Positions 10,176 through 21,000 of a stretch of 64,000 bases of DNA are shown here, piece after piece. The notes under the pieces were generated by a model. It had not been told where the DNA came from, searched no databases, and was given only the letters and a program-made list of their open reading frames with translations. This DNA comes from Candidatus Culexmicrobium cathedralense (GTDB lineage: Archaea; Thermoproteota; Methanomethylicia; Culexarchaeales; Culexmicrobiaceae). The DNA lies in assembly GCA_025061115.1 (NCBI GenBank), contig JANZKC010000001.1:672001-736000 (forward strand). Reading direction: 5' to 3'. Position 1 is the stretch's first letter, and every line of letters starts with the position of its first letter. Made by a program: the position numbers and the translations under genes.

Positions 10176-10500
10176 ACTACAACTCTAACCTTAATTTCAT
10201 TCTACATTTAAAACCACATTCCAAACTACACTGTCACAACCATAATCCTCTCCCTACTAGGCCAACCACTACCAAAATCAAGAGACAAAGTCATGTACGT
10301 GGAAAAGCTGTTTACTAAAGGATTTCCGGAAAAAGAGTACCTAACCATTTGGTTAGGTAGAAGGAAAATATTGAGGATAACCAGCGCTAAGGCATCCAAA
10401 GCACCCTAGCCTATTACCCACAATACCTGATATACCTAAACCTACACAAAAGAGCATGAACTTCGCCGAACACATTTATTCAAAAATCATGACAACCTAA

Positions 10501-10803
10501 GTGAAGAATGTAACAGCACATCATGCGGCGACGAAAATGAAGCTAAAAGTAGACATACACATTCACACAGCATACTCAGATGGAACAGGAACGATAAGAG
10601 AGATATTAGTTGCAGCTAAAAAAGCAGGGTTAGATGCAATAGCCATAACAGACCACAATACGTCTAAAGGCTACTTCACAACTAGAAGAATAGCTGACGA
10701 CTTGATAGTTATACCAGGATTTGAGGCAACCACAAATGCTGAACATGTAATTGTGCTAGGAATTGTAAAGAAGAGCAGCCGCAGAATAATGCTGCCGTAT
10801 TAG
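10501..10803 (+). pseudogene. PHP-domain phosphoesterase, N-terminal fragment
   Basis: DIHIHTAYSDG, AITDHN, IPGFE; truncated at ~100 aa. Confidence 0.8.
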
Positions 10804-10824
10804 AATTTAATTAGGAAGTTGAGG

Positions 10825-11411
10825 AGCTGGAAGGAGGAAGCTGGAGATTTGATAAGATTAGTGTTCGCATTACTCTTACCGGTGAACATGGCCCTATTCT
10901 TTTTCCCGAACTCGTATTGAGGCTAATAAACCCGGAATACCGAGCGGCAGTCAATCCTTTAAGAATATATTCTAGCAAACATGGTCTTATTAATGGTGGG
11001 TCTAATAGCAACATACATCTATGCATCAGGTAATTACAGGTACACCTTACTGATAAACACTCGGTAAGTACAACTAGGGTAGCACTTTACACCATACTTA
11101 CACCCACATACGGGGCAACAGGTGCTGCAACAGCACATCTAGCAGGGACGCTTACAGCAATGACGCTAATAGTGTCTAAGACCCATGGAGTGAAAGTACC
11201 TTGGAATAGGATGATCTTATCGCTAGTCATAGCAGTATTCTTATGCATAACGTTAAAACACTTGGTCGGAGAATCAGCCCTAGCTACAATCATAGCATTA
11301 ATAGTATACTTGTTACTAGTGTACCTAGTACAAATAGCGTTAAAGCTCTTGAGGAAAACAGAGCTAGCAAGGCTATTAGGAATGCTTGGGTTCATAGCTA
11401 GGGTAAGATAG
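10825..11411 (+). pseudogene. Oligosaccharide flippase (Wzx/MOP), C-terminal relic with frameshifts
   Basis: Across frames: DLIRLVFALLLPVNMALFFFPELVLRLINPEY ... LYTILTPTYGATGAATAHLAG ... TM helices. Left boundary approximate. Confidence 0.65.
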
Positions 11412-11416
11412 GTAGG

Positions 11417-11433
11417 TGAGACCCTTGGAAAAA
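11417..11433 (+). repeat. 17-bp direct repeat, left of TA module
   Basis: TGAGACCCTTGGAAAAA, 15/17 identical to 12145-12161. Confidence 0.6.
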
Positions 11434-11502
11434 CTCATGCTATTACCAACTAATTTATCAAAGCTAGATACAATAGGTATGTAGGGAAGAGGTAGTAGAG
11501 TT

Positions 11503-11702
11503 ATGGCTAGAGCTATCCGTGCTAAGTATGAGAACGGTGTTTTGAAACCATTAGAGAAGCTAGATCTTGAGGAGGGAGAGGAGGTTATCGTTAGGGTTGA
11601 GAAAAAATAGCGTATGGTCTTGTAGAGCTCGTAGAGGAGCTTAGGAAGGAAGCTCCTAAGGTTGATAACCCAGTCGAGGTTCTTGAGGAGATGAGGAAGT
11701 GA
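11503..11702 (+). pseudogene. DUF104/AF2212-like antitoxin, frameshifted near A-run at 11602-11607
   Basis: MARAIRAKYENGVLKPLEKLDLEEGEEVIVRVEKK*, then YGLVELVEELRKEAPKVDNPVEVLEEMRK* in another frame, overlapping the toxin start (GTGA). Confidence 0.8.
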
Positions 11703-12147
11703 TTATTGTTGATGCGAGCATCTTGATGGACGCGCTATTTAGTGGAAATCTCGAGAGATACGAGAGAGCAATGAACTTCCTCAAATGCATAGAAGGTTTA
11801 CCACTCTATGCGCCAAGGATAATCGAGGTAGAGCTTATAGCCGTAGCACGTAAGCTTGGCTACAAAGCGGAACGTGAAAACTGCTTCGCTTAACGAGGAA
11901 AATCAATCTATTGAAAGAGGAAGAAAACTTTAACCTAGCTCTATATGTAGCTGATAGAATCCACCCTAGAGCCATCGATGCCTACTACATAGCTACCGCA
12001 ATACTAACCAAGAGCATCATAATAGCTAACGATAAACTACTTGTTAGAAACTCCAGACAAGCCGGAACAGAGGCTTACTACCTAACAGAGGAACACGATA
12101 CAGTTATGAAGAAAGTAGAAGAACTAAGGCGACATCAAGGATCATGA
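11699..12147 (+). pseudogene. vapC: VapC PIN toxin split into two ORFs
   Basis: MIIVDAS..., then RAIDAYYIATA...IIAND in the second ORF. Confidence 0.8.
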
Positions 12148-12161
12148 GACCCTCTGAAAAA
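12145..12161 (+). repeat. 17-bp direct repeat, right of TA module
   Basis: TGAGACCCTCTGAAAAA; its TGA is the vapC stop codon. Confidence 0.6.
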
Positions 12162-12299
12162 TACCGATGAGTATTCCGCGGCTCAAAACCTAGCACTGAA
12201 ACCTAGCCGTGTAAGATACAGAGACGCTACCACAAAGATTGAGGTTACCGATGAACTGAGGCATTTGCTCGATAAGATGAAATTCCTTAGATGTGATGA

Positions 12300-12830
12300 A
12301 GAGGCCTTCAGACCTCTTCGTATTCTCAATACAGCTACTATCAATGCTGAGCATATACATCTTCACGTATATAGCGAGCGAAGCCATCTCCGCGGGGACA
12401 CTCTACATATCGATGATGATAGCTTGGCGATACTAGCAATACCGAGCCCACTCCTAAATGCAGCACTGCCCATAGGAGCACGGAGAAACGTAGATCCATT
12501 CAGCGATAGCCTCAGGATAGGGCTAGCACCAGCGACACTGATCATAGTAGCCGTAGTAGCGGGCGCTAAGAGCGCTTCTTCAAGCAGCAAGCCTGGGGCT
12601 CATAGATGGGGCAAATGTGTTGAGAAGCCTACTACTATCCTTAACACCGCTAGCAGTTCTAACCGCTACGGTAACAAAACTAAACAAAGAAAGGAGGACA
12701 AGCATGCTCGTAGCGATGGGCGCACTACTACTATCCCTACTAGCAGCGTTAATGATACCACTAACAAAGCTCTTCAAAACCGAAGGAGCAGCCCTAGCAT
12801 TCCTCACAGCAAACACCACACTATAAGACA
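12300..12830 (+). pseudogene. Second degraded flippase-like fragment
   Basis: SDSLRIGLA..., MLRSLLLSLTPLAVL...LMIPLTKLFKTEGAALAFL resemble Wzx C-terminal helices; several frameshifts; boundaries approximate. Confidence 0.5.
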
Positions 12831-12838
12831 CCGCCCCC

Positions 12839-15800
12839 TTAACTACGAACAAGAACCCTCCCAACATACTTCCTCAAAGCTAAAGCCCATCTATCACCCC
12901 TAGACCTACGCCAGTCCCACACTAAGTAAAAGATGCATAAAGCAAAAGTAGTAGCAGAAATCTTAAGACCAAGCTCAAACCAGTCCTGAGGAACATACCT
13001 GATAACAATAGTGAGGTCACCGGTCTCATTAATCCAGAAGCCGTTGATAACACCGTAGACAGGGATAGACCTAACCCCCTCAAGAAGCTCACCGTCCCTA
13101 TAGACCATAGCCTCCCATAGAGGATCATAAGCCTCAGCAAAAACAAGCATAAACGGCTTCTTAGCAATAACCTTAACCTTCCACATTGTTGGGTCTATAC
13201 GCTCATAGCGAATTACCTTAGCAAGCTCTTCTTTAACTTTGAAGAGATCTTCAATTGTTGTTCTAGAGGTGGGTGATTCAACGGAGTAAATCCATATAAC
13301 ATCGAGATACAGAGATTTCTTAGAAGCTTCCACACGAATTGTATGGTTACCTTTCTCAAGGTGTATAGGCCCTATATAGTGGAAGTCGATAGCGTTTGAG
13401 GATACCTCATAGCTCTTCTCATCTATGACAACTTTTGCATCTCCTCTCAGCTTTATGGCTACCATGTAATAGCCATCTTTAACAACTTCGAAGCTCTGCC
13501 ATGCATAGCCTCCAGGTTCTATAGATAGTGCTTCGCCGTTGCTAGCGTTGATATTCTTAACAATCTTAGCTTCTGCTCTAAACATATCTGACTCAGCTTC
13601 GAAGATGTAGATGACTGTTTTGTTCTCTAAGAGCCTCTCAAACTCCTTAACAAGCTTGCTGTATTCATCAACAGGTATCAGAACAAACACATTGAAAGCG
13701 TTAAAGCCCTCAACATTCTCTAGCATCAGCACATGTCTACCAGCTTCGAGCTTAAACGTACCCAGGTCTCTCCACACAAACCTATTCAGCTGGCTAATAG
13801 TGCTGATCTCGGCGATAAGCCTACCATCGAGATAGACCCTTATAGCACCACCCTTCTGATTTTCAAAGTAACGAGCAAAGAGTTTGTACTTGCCCGATCT
13901 AGACACATCGAAAGGCATGTCCAGAGTAACACGCCTAACATTTTTTGTGACATCATAGACCTTAACATAGTCAATCATAATGATATTAGGCAAAGGCTTA
14001 ACCGTTAAATGACCATGCCAAATCTGAAGCTGAACATAACGAACCCTACTACTGCTAGGAACATAGTTAAACACGACCTCCTTCCAATCAAAAGTACCAT
14101 CACCAACATTCTTAACGTGCTCAACATCAATTTTTTTCTTGTTAGAATCAAACTCAGCGATCTTAATATGGATCTTATGAGCGTTAACACCGCGAATCTT
14201 AACAACAAATTGATAGGCATGCTGAGGATCAACCAGTATCAATGGTGTGTTAATAGTCTTCCAACCCCAAGTAGAATTGTAAAGTTCGACTTCGAGAATA
14301 CCATCGACGCAAATTAACTTTTGTAATGCATTAAACTGTTTAGATGGTGTATTCTCTATCCACGGAAGACAGTCATCTTGTGAGTTGTATTCCCAAGACT
14401 TAATGAGATCCCTATTAGAGAGCTTGAGATTTGATGGAATATTATGTTTAGCCCGTGTAAAGGCTAAACCATAGCCGTAATCAAAGTCCCAAGCCCATTC
14501 ATTAATGCCTAATTTTTTCAGAGTACTTTGAAAGCTGTAACTCGACGTGGAATAGCCATAACTCCACATTCTTTCAGGTGTCACAATCCTCTTAACAAAA
14601 GCAGCAGGTTGTATTACTATTTTCTTGTCTAGCTTTGCCAAGATAAGAGGTACTATAGAACTATTACCTACTATAATAGTGTGATCAAAAATATGATGAA
14701 AGTCTTTAATACTTTTTATATCTAAGCTATTTAGAAAGATTATAGAAACTCTAACATTTGATTCACTAGTATATATAACGTTTACTAAAGAAGCATAGGC
14801 TGGTAGGCCACCTACAACTATGCTCGTAGTATTGGGAATGAAAATACGTTGAAACACGTTCTGTATTTGGAAAACGGTTAAATACTCTCCTTCGTAAATA
14901 ACCTTTAGGGTTCTATCGTTTCTAAGTTTATTAACGATGGATTTTATATACAAATTCGTGTAATTAATCTTTTCTTCATATTCGTTCCATGTTAAATCAT
15001 AGTGGATAATCAAGTACTTGATATTTAAGGGTCCGAAAATATTACCCCACCTAAGGTCTTTGTAACCGTCTAAAGGTCGGTAAAATGGTCTCCAACCAAT
15101 AGGATTATAATAATCGAAGAAGTAGAATTTTGTGTACAAGTATGTTGGTAGGGATGAGGATTTTAGATCGAATCTACCTGTTGGTGGACCACTATAAGGG
15201 GAAGAACCGTTTATCCAAACAGCTTTTCTACCCCCGAAGATGGGCAACCATAAAGCATGAAAGAAAGGATTTTCAGCTTTGATTAATTTGTTTACATATG
15301 TGTAATCTTTTGGTACTGTTGTAGGACTCCAATAACAATTTAGATTACCCGTTAGTAAAGGCCAGCTTGAGACCAGCGCAGAAAATAAGATTATAAAACA
15401 TAATATTCCCAGCACTATTTGCATTATTTTCTTTTTATTTTTACCGTTATATATTTTTTCGTATACTAACACAATTAAAGATGCAAGAAGTACCTCATAG
15501 TATAAAGGTAGAAACATAGCATTATGATAGCTTTGTCTAATTAACCTTCCAAGAGAAGGAAAGTTTCCCATCAGATTTATCAAATAATTTGAAAGTGGAG
15601 CCTCCTTAAGCATTGATAAATACAGAGTTATTGGGATAAGTACTGGAAAACTGATAATTACCCATGAACTCGGTCTCATCATCCTAATTATTGAATTCAT
15701 AAAGATTATGGAAGACAATGCTAGGATAGTAATGGAAAGGGACAGAAATGGTCTTTTGTCAGATGGAGGATAAGGATTGGAGAAATGAGAACCAAGGTAA

Positions 15801-16624
15801 TTCGTGAAGAATAATGAGAACGCATTTATTGGTCTTTCACCAGATATATTACTGACAGTAAAGGCTTGAATGACTGTTGGTTGGTTGGTAAGACTTGTAA
15901 GTAGTAGTGGAAGATACACGGGCAATAGCATACTTCCAAGAAATGCCGTTGTCATTAATAACCTTTTTACAACGATTTTTACCTTTCTGTTAAAGATGAT
16001 ATAAAAGATTGCGAGAAGAGATGCTGGAAGGAGAAACTTAAATATATACCGTGAAGTTTCAACCAATGAGAAAAATATTGCAAATACAAAAGAGTAACGA
16101 AGATATCTTTTATCTTCTAAAATCTTTATCCACAAGTAGAATAACAGAGGCGATAAAGCGTATTGCCACCGTAATACTAAGTTTCTGCTTCGATGAGTTA
16201 TCCAAGGATTGAAAGTATAAACTAAGGAAATTAATATGAGGAGAAAAACAATCAAAGTAGTTACCCTGTTTTTCTCCAATAAAGTTTTCTTTAAAAAATA
16301 ATAGCTAGTTAAGAAACTTACAGGATGAATGAGGATCAGAAAAAGCTTTATTGCCACCTCAAAACCCATGGCTTTAGAAAGGAAGTAGATTATGTGATAC
16401 AAATAGTATTTCGGTACATCAGCAATCGATGTTATACCTATCTGATCATCCCAAACCTGAGTAGCTTTTAGGAAGTGTTCTTCGTCGTAGACTTCTACTT
16501 GTTCAGCCAATATGGGTATACCAGGACTTAAAATAACCTTAGATCCCACAGCAAATGCGATGGTTATAGCTACGCATATCAGTATGAGTTTTTCCATCAA
16601 GTTACCATACATAAATCCTTGCAT
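12839..16624 (-). CDS. Large GT-C-type membrane glycosyltransferase (AftD/YfhO-like) with extracellular carbohydrate-binding modules
   Basis: About 10-12 N-terminal TM helices (YTFNPW, SWPLLTG), CBM-like beta domains (GDGTFDWKEV, LEAGRHVLML, FEAE), YfhO-like LVFAEAYDPLW...VINGFWI, C-terminal TM. Confidence 0.7.
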   Translation of the reverse strand: MQGFMYGNLMEKLILICVAITIAFAVGSKVILSPGIPILAEQVEVYDEEHFLKATQVWDDQIGITSIADVPKYYLYHIIYFLSKAMGFEVAIKLFLILIHPVSFLTSYYFLKKTLLEKNRVTTLIVFLLILISLVYTFNPWITHRSRNLVLRWQYALSPLLFYLWIKILEDKRYLRYSFVFAIFFSLVETSRYIFKFLLPASLLAIFYIIFNRKVKIVVKRLLMTTAFLGSMLLPVYLPLLLTSLTNQPTVIQAFTVSNISGERPINAFSLFFTNYLGSHFSNPYPPSDKRPFLSLSITILALSSIIFMNSIIRMMRPSSWVIISFPVLIPITLYLSMLKEAPLSNYLINLMGNFPSLGRLIRQSYHNAMFLPLYYEVLLASLIVLVYEKIYNGKNKKKIMQIVLGILCFIILFSALVSSWPLLTGNLNCYWSPTTVPKDYTYVNKLIKAENPFFHALWLPIFGGRKAVWINGSSPYSGPPTGRFDLKSSSLPTYLYTKFYFFDYYNPIGWRPFYRPLDGYKDLRWGNIFGPLNIKYLIIHYDLTWNEYEEKINYTNLYIKSIVNKLRNDRTLKVIYEGEYLTVFQIQNVFQRIFIPNTTSIVVGGLPAYASLVNVIYTSESNVRVSIIFLNSLDIKSIKDFHHIFDHTIIVGNSSIVPLILAKLDKKIVIQPAAFVKRIVTPERMWSYGYSTSSYSFQSTLKKLGINEWAWDFDYGYGLAFTRAKHNIPSNLKLSNRDLIKSWEYNSQDDCLPWIENTPSKQFNALQKLICVDGILEVELYNSTWGWKTINTPLILVDPQHAYQFVVKIRGVNAHKIHIKIAEFDSNKKKIDVEHVKNVGDGTFDWKEVVFNYVPSSSRVRYVQLQIWHGHLTVKPLPNIIMIDYVKVYDVTKNVRRVTLDMPFDVSRSGKYKLFARYFENQKGGAIRVYLDGRLIAEISTISQLNRFVWRDLGTFKLEAGRHVLMLENVEGFNAFNVFVLIPVDEYSKLVKEFERLLENKTVIYIFEAESDMFRAEAKIVKNINASNGEALSIEPGGYAWQSFEVVKDGYYMVAIKLRGDAKVVIDEKSYEVSSNAIDFHYIGPIHLEKGNHTIRVEASKKSLYLDVIWIYSVESPTSRTTIEDLFKVKEELAKVIRYERIDPTMWKVKVIAKKPFMLVFAEAYDPLWEAMVYRDGELLEGVRSIPVYGVINGFWINETGDLTIVIRYVPQDWFELGLKISATTFALCIFYLVWDWRRSRGDRWALALRKYVGRVLVRS

Positions 16625-16630
16625 GATAAA

Positions 16631-17692
16631 TTACCTTACCTTCCTTTTTATTATATCCAAGTACTCATATGGAGAATTAGCTCTGATTTTGACGACATCA
16701 ACCTTCCTAATTAATTTATTAAATTTCTCCTTTTCAATCGATTCTAAATCAAGCTTTTGATGATACAAGATAGCATTAATGACCAAATTTGATCTAAGGT
16801 TAAACTCATTTCTAGTCAAATTCAAAATCTCTACTAATGCGCTATTTTCATCAACCCTATCAAAGACTGATTGTTGACCGTACTCCAAAATGAATATTTT
16901 CTTCAACTTTGCTTTGGGGATTATTTTGCCTTCAAAAAGTTCCCCTAACACCTTTCTCCTTATTGGAATATAGTAGTTTAATGGTGCTATATATTTTAAT
17001 TTTGATGTTTCATGATAGAATGTTGCTGTGTACGGAACAGCATGGATGCATAGATCCCGCAAATTCACGACAGACAGATCTTCCGAAAGAAGCTTAAATC
17101 CGTCCTCTGCTAACTTCGTAACTACAAAGGATTTTCCAGTATTTGGGGGAGCCAATACAAGATATCCTTCATCTTCACTTGTAGCAAAAGCTGATGCATG
17201 TAAGGTCAGGAAATCGTTAAGTAACAACTTCAAATAGGTTACATCTCTTAGGTGAAGCCCGGGAGGTACAACGTTCTCTATTCTTAGCTTAAATAAGGAG
17301 TAGTAATGCTTATTGACATAAAGTTCTATTCTATCTTGAGAAATCTTAGTAAGCATGAACAGATCTACAAAACCTGCTTTTTTCATGTAGATGGTACTTA
17401 ACGAATTGGTATCGATTCTTCTTAAAAATACAGAGTCTGAATATCCTGTGCACTTCTCATCGTTATACTCATTAAGTAAATCGATGAAATATTTTCTGGG
17501 TCTAAAGTCAAAGAATATTTTGATACGGCAATTGGTGTATGGGAATAAGTCTTCATAAAAGAATTCTCCGAAGGAGAAGTAGTGTATTTTTGGCGTATTA
17601 GAGTGTATAGAGATAACTTCGGGTACTAACATCCTTTGGTACTTAAAATTGAAGTGATAGTTAGCATCTTTAACCTTGTTCACGTTTTTCAT
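16631..17692 (-). CDS. HPr kinase-related P-loop kinase
   Basis: LHASAF...LAPPNTGKS...LLSEDL = HprK/PEPCK-type His, Walker A and acidic pair. Confidence 0.7.
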   Translation of the reverse strand: MKNVNKVKDANYHFNFKYQRMLVPEVISIHSNTPKIHYFSFGEFFYEDLFPYTNCRIKIFFDFRPRKYFIDLLNEYNDEKCTGYSDSVFLRRIDTNSLSTIYMKKAGFVDLFMLTKISQDRIELYVNKHYYSLFKLRIENVVPPGLHLRDVTYLKLLLNDFLTLHASAFATSEDEGYLVLAPPNTGKSFVVTKLAEDGFKLLSEDLSVVNLRDLCIHAVPYTATFYHETSKLKYIAPLNYYIPIRRKVLGELFEGKIIPKAKLKKIFILEYGQQSVFDRVDENSALVEILNLTRNEFNLRSNLVINAILYHQKLDLESIEKEKFNKLIRKVDVVKIRANSPYEYLDIIKRKVR

Positions 17693-17698
17693 AACTAA

Positions 17699-18200
17699 TC
17701 ACCTACTTAGATTAGCTTCCGCTTGATGTTCTATGTTTCCCGAATCTACTAATATCCCTGTTCCACGATCCTCTTTCCCTAATTTAAACCAGGTTGTGGC
17801 ATATCCCAGACCCGGAGCGAGATATTCTAATATTTTCAATACTATGACTCCTATTGCTAGATATGGTTTTCTCCAAAACCGTTTATTTAGTAGGAATATC
17901 TTGAATCTATAGATTGGATCAACTTGTTTCTTAACGTATTCTTCATATAAACTTTTGTACTTGTTTATGTAGAACCTGGCCGTCTTACCAAAGTAATGTT
18001 TCTTCTTAAGCCACTTTAATAGCGAAAAATCCTCTTCGTGATGCAGTATACATGAGTTTATTCTTGCCCTTACGTTATAACCCATCTTCTCTATTTTGTA
18101 TGGTAGTGTTGCTTCTTCGTAGAATACTACGTCCTCATCGAACCCTCCTACTTTCAATGCTACATCCCTCCTGAAGAATCCCGGCGATTCTATTACAGCT
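17699..18200 (-). pseudogene. GT2 glycosyltransferase, C-terminal fragment (paralog of the adjacent GT2)
   Basis: ESPGFFRRDVALKVGGFDE...EE; N-terminal domain missing. Confidence 0.7.
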
Positions 18201-18293
18201 TTATATGAAGACTCCTTATGACGCTACCAAGACCATCTTTAGCTGTATCTTTACCCAACAATCACTACTATATAATGTACTCATGTTTAGATC

Positions 18294-19133
18294 TTAACTT
18301 CTTGTATAAGGATGGGTTTTCAATGCTAAAAGCATTCCCATGGAGACTGCTGTGGCTTGCAGTGTCTTGAACATTGGTACGAGAAATAGCCCGGGCAACC
18401 ATTTTCGTCCGAAATATGCTATGTATTCTCTTTTAAAGAACGATGGTCTTACTGGTGTGATGTGTGCTATGTTCGGATTCTTCCTTACGTAATACTTTAT
18501 GTTCGAGCCATAGTATATGCTTTTTATTATGAACTCTCTCACGCTTTTCGGTTCGCCTATATGTATTTCGAAGCTATGTCTCGTTCTAGCAATTTTGGCT
18601 CCTACTTTAATTAGTCTTTGATGTAGGTCGTAGTCTTCGTTGGCGTAAAGCCTTGTGTCGAAACCTCCTACCTTAGTAAAGAGGCTTTTCCTCATGAATC
18701 TAGCAGCCTCGTATACACCACTGCCATAGTATGACAGTCTTTCGTAGAATCTCACCTTTGCTATGAGGCTAGGTTTAGGATAACTAATATTCAGAACAAT
18801 TACCGCGTCATAGCCTCGTTTCATCAGCTGAACACATTCTTCTACTACTCTTGGGTGAAGAACGAAATCCGAATCGATAAAATACACAAATTCCCCTCTT
18901 GCTTTAAGTGCTCCATAATTCTTTTGGGCTGATCTCTCTGGGCCTTTAATATAGACCTTTGCCCTATATTTTTCCGCAATCTCTACTGTTCGATCCTTAC
19001 TAAAGTTATCCACTACGATAACCTCTATGTTTCTGTATGTCTGCCTCTTTATCGATTCTAGGCATAGTGGTAGTGTTTTCTCAGAGTTGTACGTAGGTAT
19101 TATTACCGATACTAAAGGTGCCTCACTAAGCAT
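18294..19133 (-). CDS. Glycosyltransferase family 2
   Basis: VSVIIPTYN, VVDNFSKD, FIDSD, GGFD...ED. Confidence 0.92.
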   Translation of the reverse strand: MLSEAPLVSVIIPTYNSEKTLPLCLESIKRQTYRNIEVIVVDNFSKDRTVEIAEKYRAKVYIKGPERSAQKNYGALKARGEFVYFIDSDFVLHPRVVEECVQLMKRGYDAVIVLNISYPKPSLIAKVRFYERLSYYGSGVYEAARFMRKSLFTKVGGFDTRLYANEDYDLHQRLIKVGAKIARTRHSFEIHIGEPKSVREFIIKSIYYGSNIKYYVRKNPNIAHITPVRPSFFKREYIAYFGRKWLPGLFLVPMFKTLQATAVSMGMLLALKTHPYTRS

Positions 19134-20055
19134 AGATTTTCTTTCGACTTAAATCTTTACGTAACTTATTTATTTTGTACCTTATCCTTATTCTTGTAAG
19201 ATCTTCATGCTTATATTTATACCTTCTTTTAGACTTGATAACAAACCAAGGAACTTCTACTAAAGCGGGTATGTAAACTCCTGTGGGATGCCCATATATT
19301 GGAAAAATTCCTAATGCTTTTTCTCCACATGCATTTCCATGATCAGAAGTTACGACGGTTACCCCATCTAGTTTGTTTAGTAAGTACCTAATATAGGGTA
19401 AGACTAGCCTTAGGTTGCTTTCATAGGCCATCATGACTACTTTTCTACCATACTTTAATGCGACCTCTACAAAAGAGCCTTTAACTCTATATTCTCCTAT
19501 AAAGGGGGAGTGAGGTTGCATATAATGTACTATGAGCCTTTTTTCTGGATAAAGAGCTTTGATTTCTAGTGCTACTTTAGTTACTGGTTCTGGGGGGACG
19601 GTGCCTAATTCATAATCCCAGTAATCACGCCATACATCAATTACTTTATAAAATACACCCTTTAGCATTATACTAACATAGGGGTTGGCTGTTACGTAAA
19701 TGGTATCCATAAATTTCTTACCCGAGAAGTTTTCCTTTAAAAATTCTGTTGTAGAACTTCCTCTTGACATTACCTTTCTAAGCTCTCCCTTTATACCTAA
19801 GTGATTCACGTACTTCTCGAATATGTCATAGCGGCAAGCATCAAGTATTATTAGGTTATCCCACTCCTGCTTCATTATGTATAAGCCTTGATTTTTCTTA
19901 TGTTTGTAGAGGATCGAGAGGATATGGTTTTCGAATTGGAAGTAGTACCATGTCCAATCTTTCCAGTGGGCTTTAAGTTGTGAGAGGTAATATTTTAATT
20001 TACTAATGCCTCTCTTTCTAGGTGCTTCAAATATATCCCAAATATCTCTTGACAT
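19126..20055 (-). CDS. Alkaline phosphatase/sulfatase-superfamily protein
   Basis: IILDACRYD, HYMQPHSPF, VTSDHG. Confidence 0.8.
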   Translation of the reverse strand: MSRDIWDIFEAPRKRGISKLKYYLSQLKAHWKDWTWYYFQFENHILSILYKHKKNQGLYIMKQEWDNLIILDACRYDIFEKYVNHLGIKGELRKVMSRGSSTTEFLKENFSGKKFMDTIYVTANPYVSIMLKGVFYKVIDVWRDYWDYELGTVPPEPVTKVALEIKALYPEKRLIVHYMQPHSPFIGEYRVKGSFVEVALKYGRKVVMMAYESNLRLVLPYIRYLLNKLDGVTVVTSDHGNACGEKALGIFPIYGHPTGVYIPALVEVPWFVIKSKRRYKYKHEDLTRIRIRYKINKLRKDLSRKKIYA

Positions 20056-20069
20056 ACTCTATGGCTCCC

Positions 20070-21000
20070 TTAAGAGAGCTCTAGATAGTATTTTCTCGAA
20101 TTCCTCTGTGCTTTTGTCCCATGAGAATTGTTTTTGTCATTTTTCGCAAAAAGTATTTTAAGATCTTTATCTTTCAACTTGCCTATTGATGCGCATGCAT
20201 AGATTATAGTTCTTAAGAACTTTAACCTTGTCAATCCCTCTACTCTTACGCGTGGTTTGGTGTGTTTTGTGATAAGTGGAGGATGATAACAATATACCTT
20301 AAAACCAGCAGTCTTAAGTTTCTTGGCGATGTCATTTATATCTCCGTGCTTCAGATGAATTTCGCCGACTATTGCCTCTATGCACCTCAGATTATTGATA
20401 TTAATGCTGTTAAAAAACCTCAAATTCCGCACCCTCTATATCTATTTTAAGTAATACAGCGTCACCCTGCCTTACATGCTCTTTAAGAATTTTGTCTAGG
20501 GTTATAGTCGGGACTTCGTAGTATTTTGAAGAGGTTTTACTCACTATAGTGGCAGCTCCACTATGAGAAGCTTCATATATCTTGACTGTACCGCTGTTCT
20601 TGCCGACGAGGGCTGCGTTTATTGGGACTATGTTAGAAGCATTGTTCATGAGGATGTTGATTTCGAGAAGCCTATAGTTTACTGGGTGAGGCTCTATAGC
20701 GATTACCTTCCTAGCGTATGTTGATGCTACTAGGAAGTAGAGACCTACGTGGGCTCTAGCATAGATAACCACTTTATCTTTAAGGTTGCTTAGCTCGAAC
20801 CCCAGTAGGTATTCGTATTCTCTGCTAAGCAATATGTCTTTAATACTCCCCCAGTATTCATCGTCGGGGACGTAAGCTTTGAAAGACCTATTCCCTACCT
20901 TGAATTTTACCTTAATCACATTACCTTTAACGCCGAGAACTTTATTGATAAACCTATAGACAAGCTTGTAGGCACTATCAACCATTCGTAATGCTCTCAA
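20070..21000 (-). pseudogene. FkbM-family methyltransferase, frameshifted (~20420)
   Basis: AIEPHP, KIDIEGAE; SAM motif degenerate (YARAHVG); IVGEIH continues in another frame. Confidence 0.8.

Noticed and set aside
10338-10359. Palindrome TACCTAACCA-TT-TGGTTAGGTA
   Set aside because: Single copy, inside what looks like a coding remnant, with no linked promoter; may be chance.
12165-12200. CGATGA-GTATTCCGCGGCT resembling a C box plus antisense to the 16S 530 loop
   Set aside because: Needs a gap to pair and lacks correctly spaced D'/C' boxes.
16631-17692. Lasso-peptide cluster suggested by the HprK-like kinase
   Set aside because: No precursor, B protein or asparagine-synthetase-like cyclase in the window.
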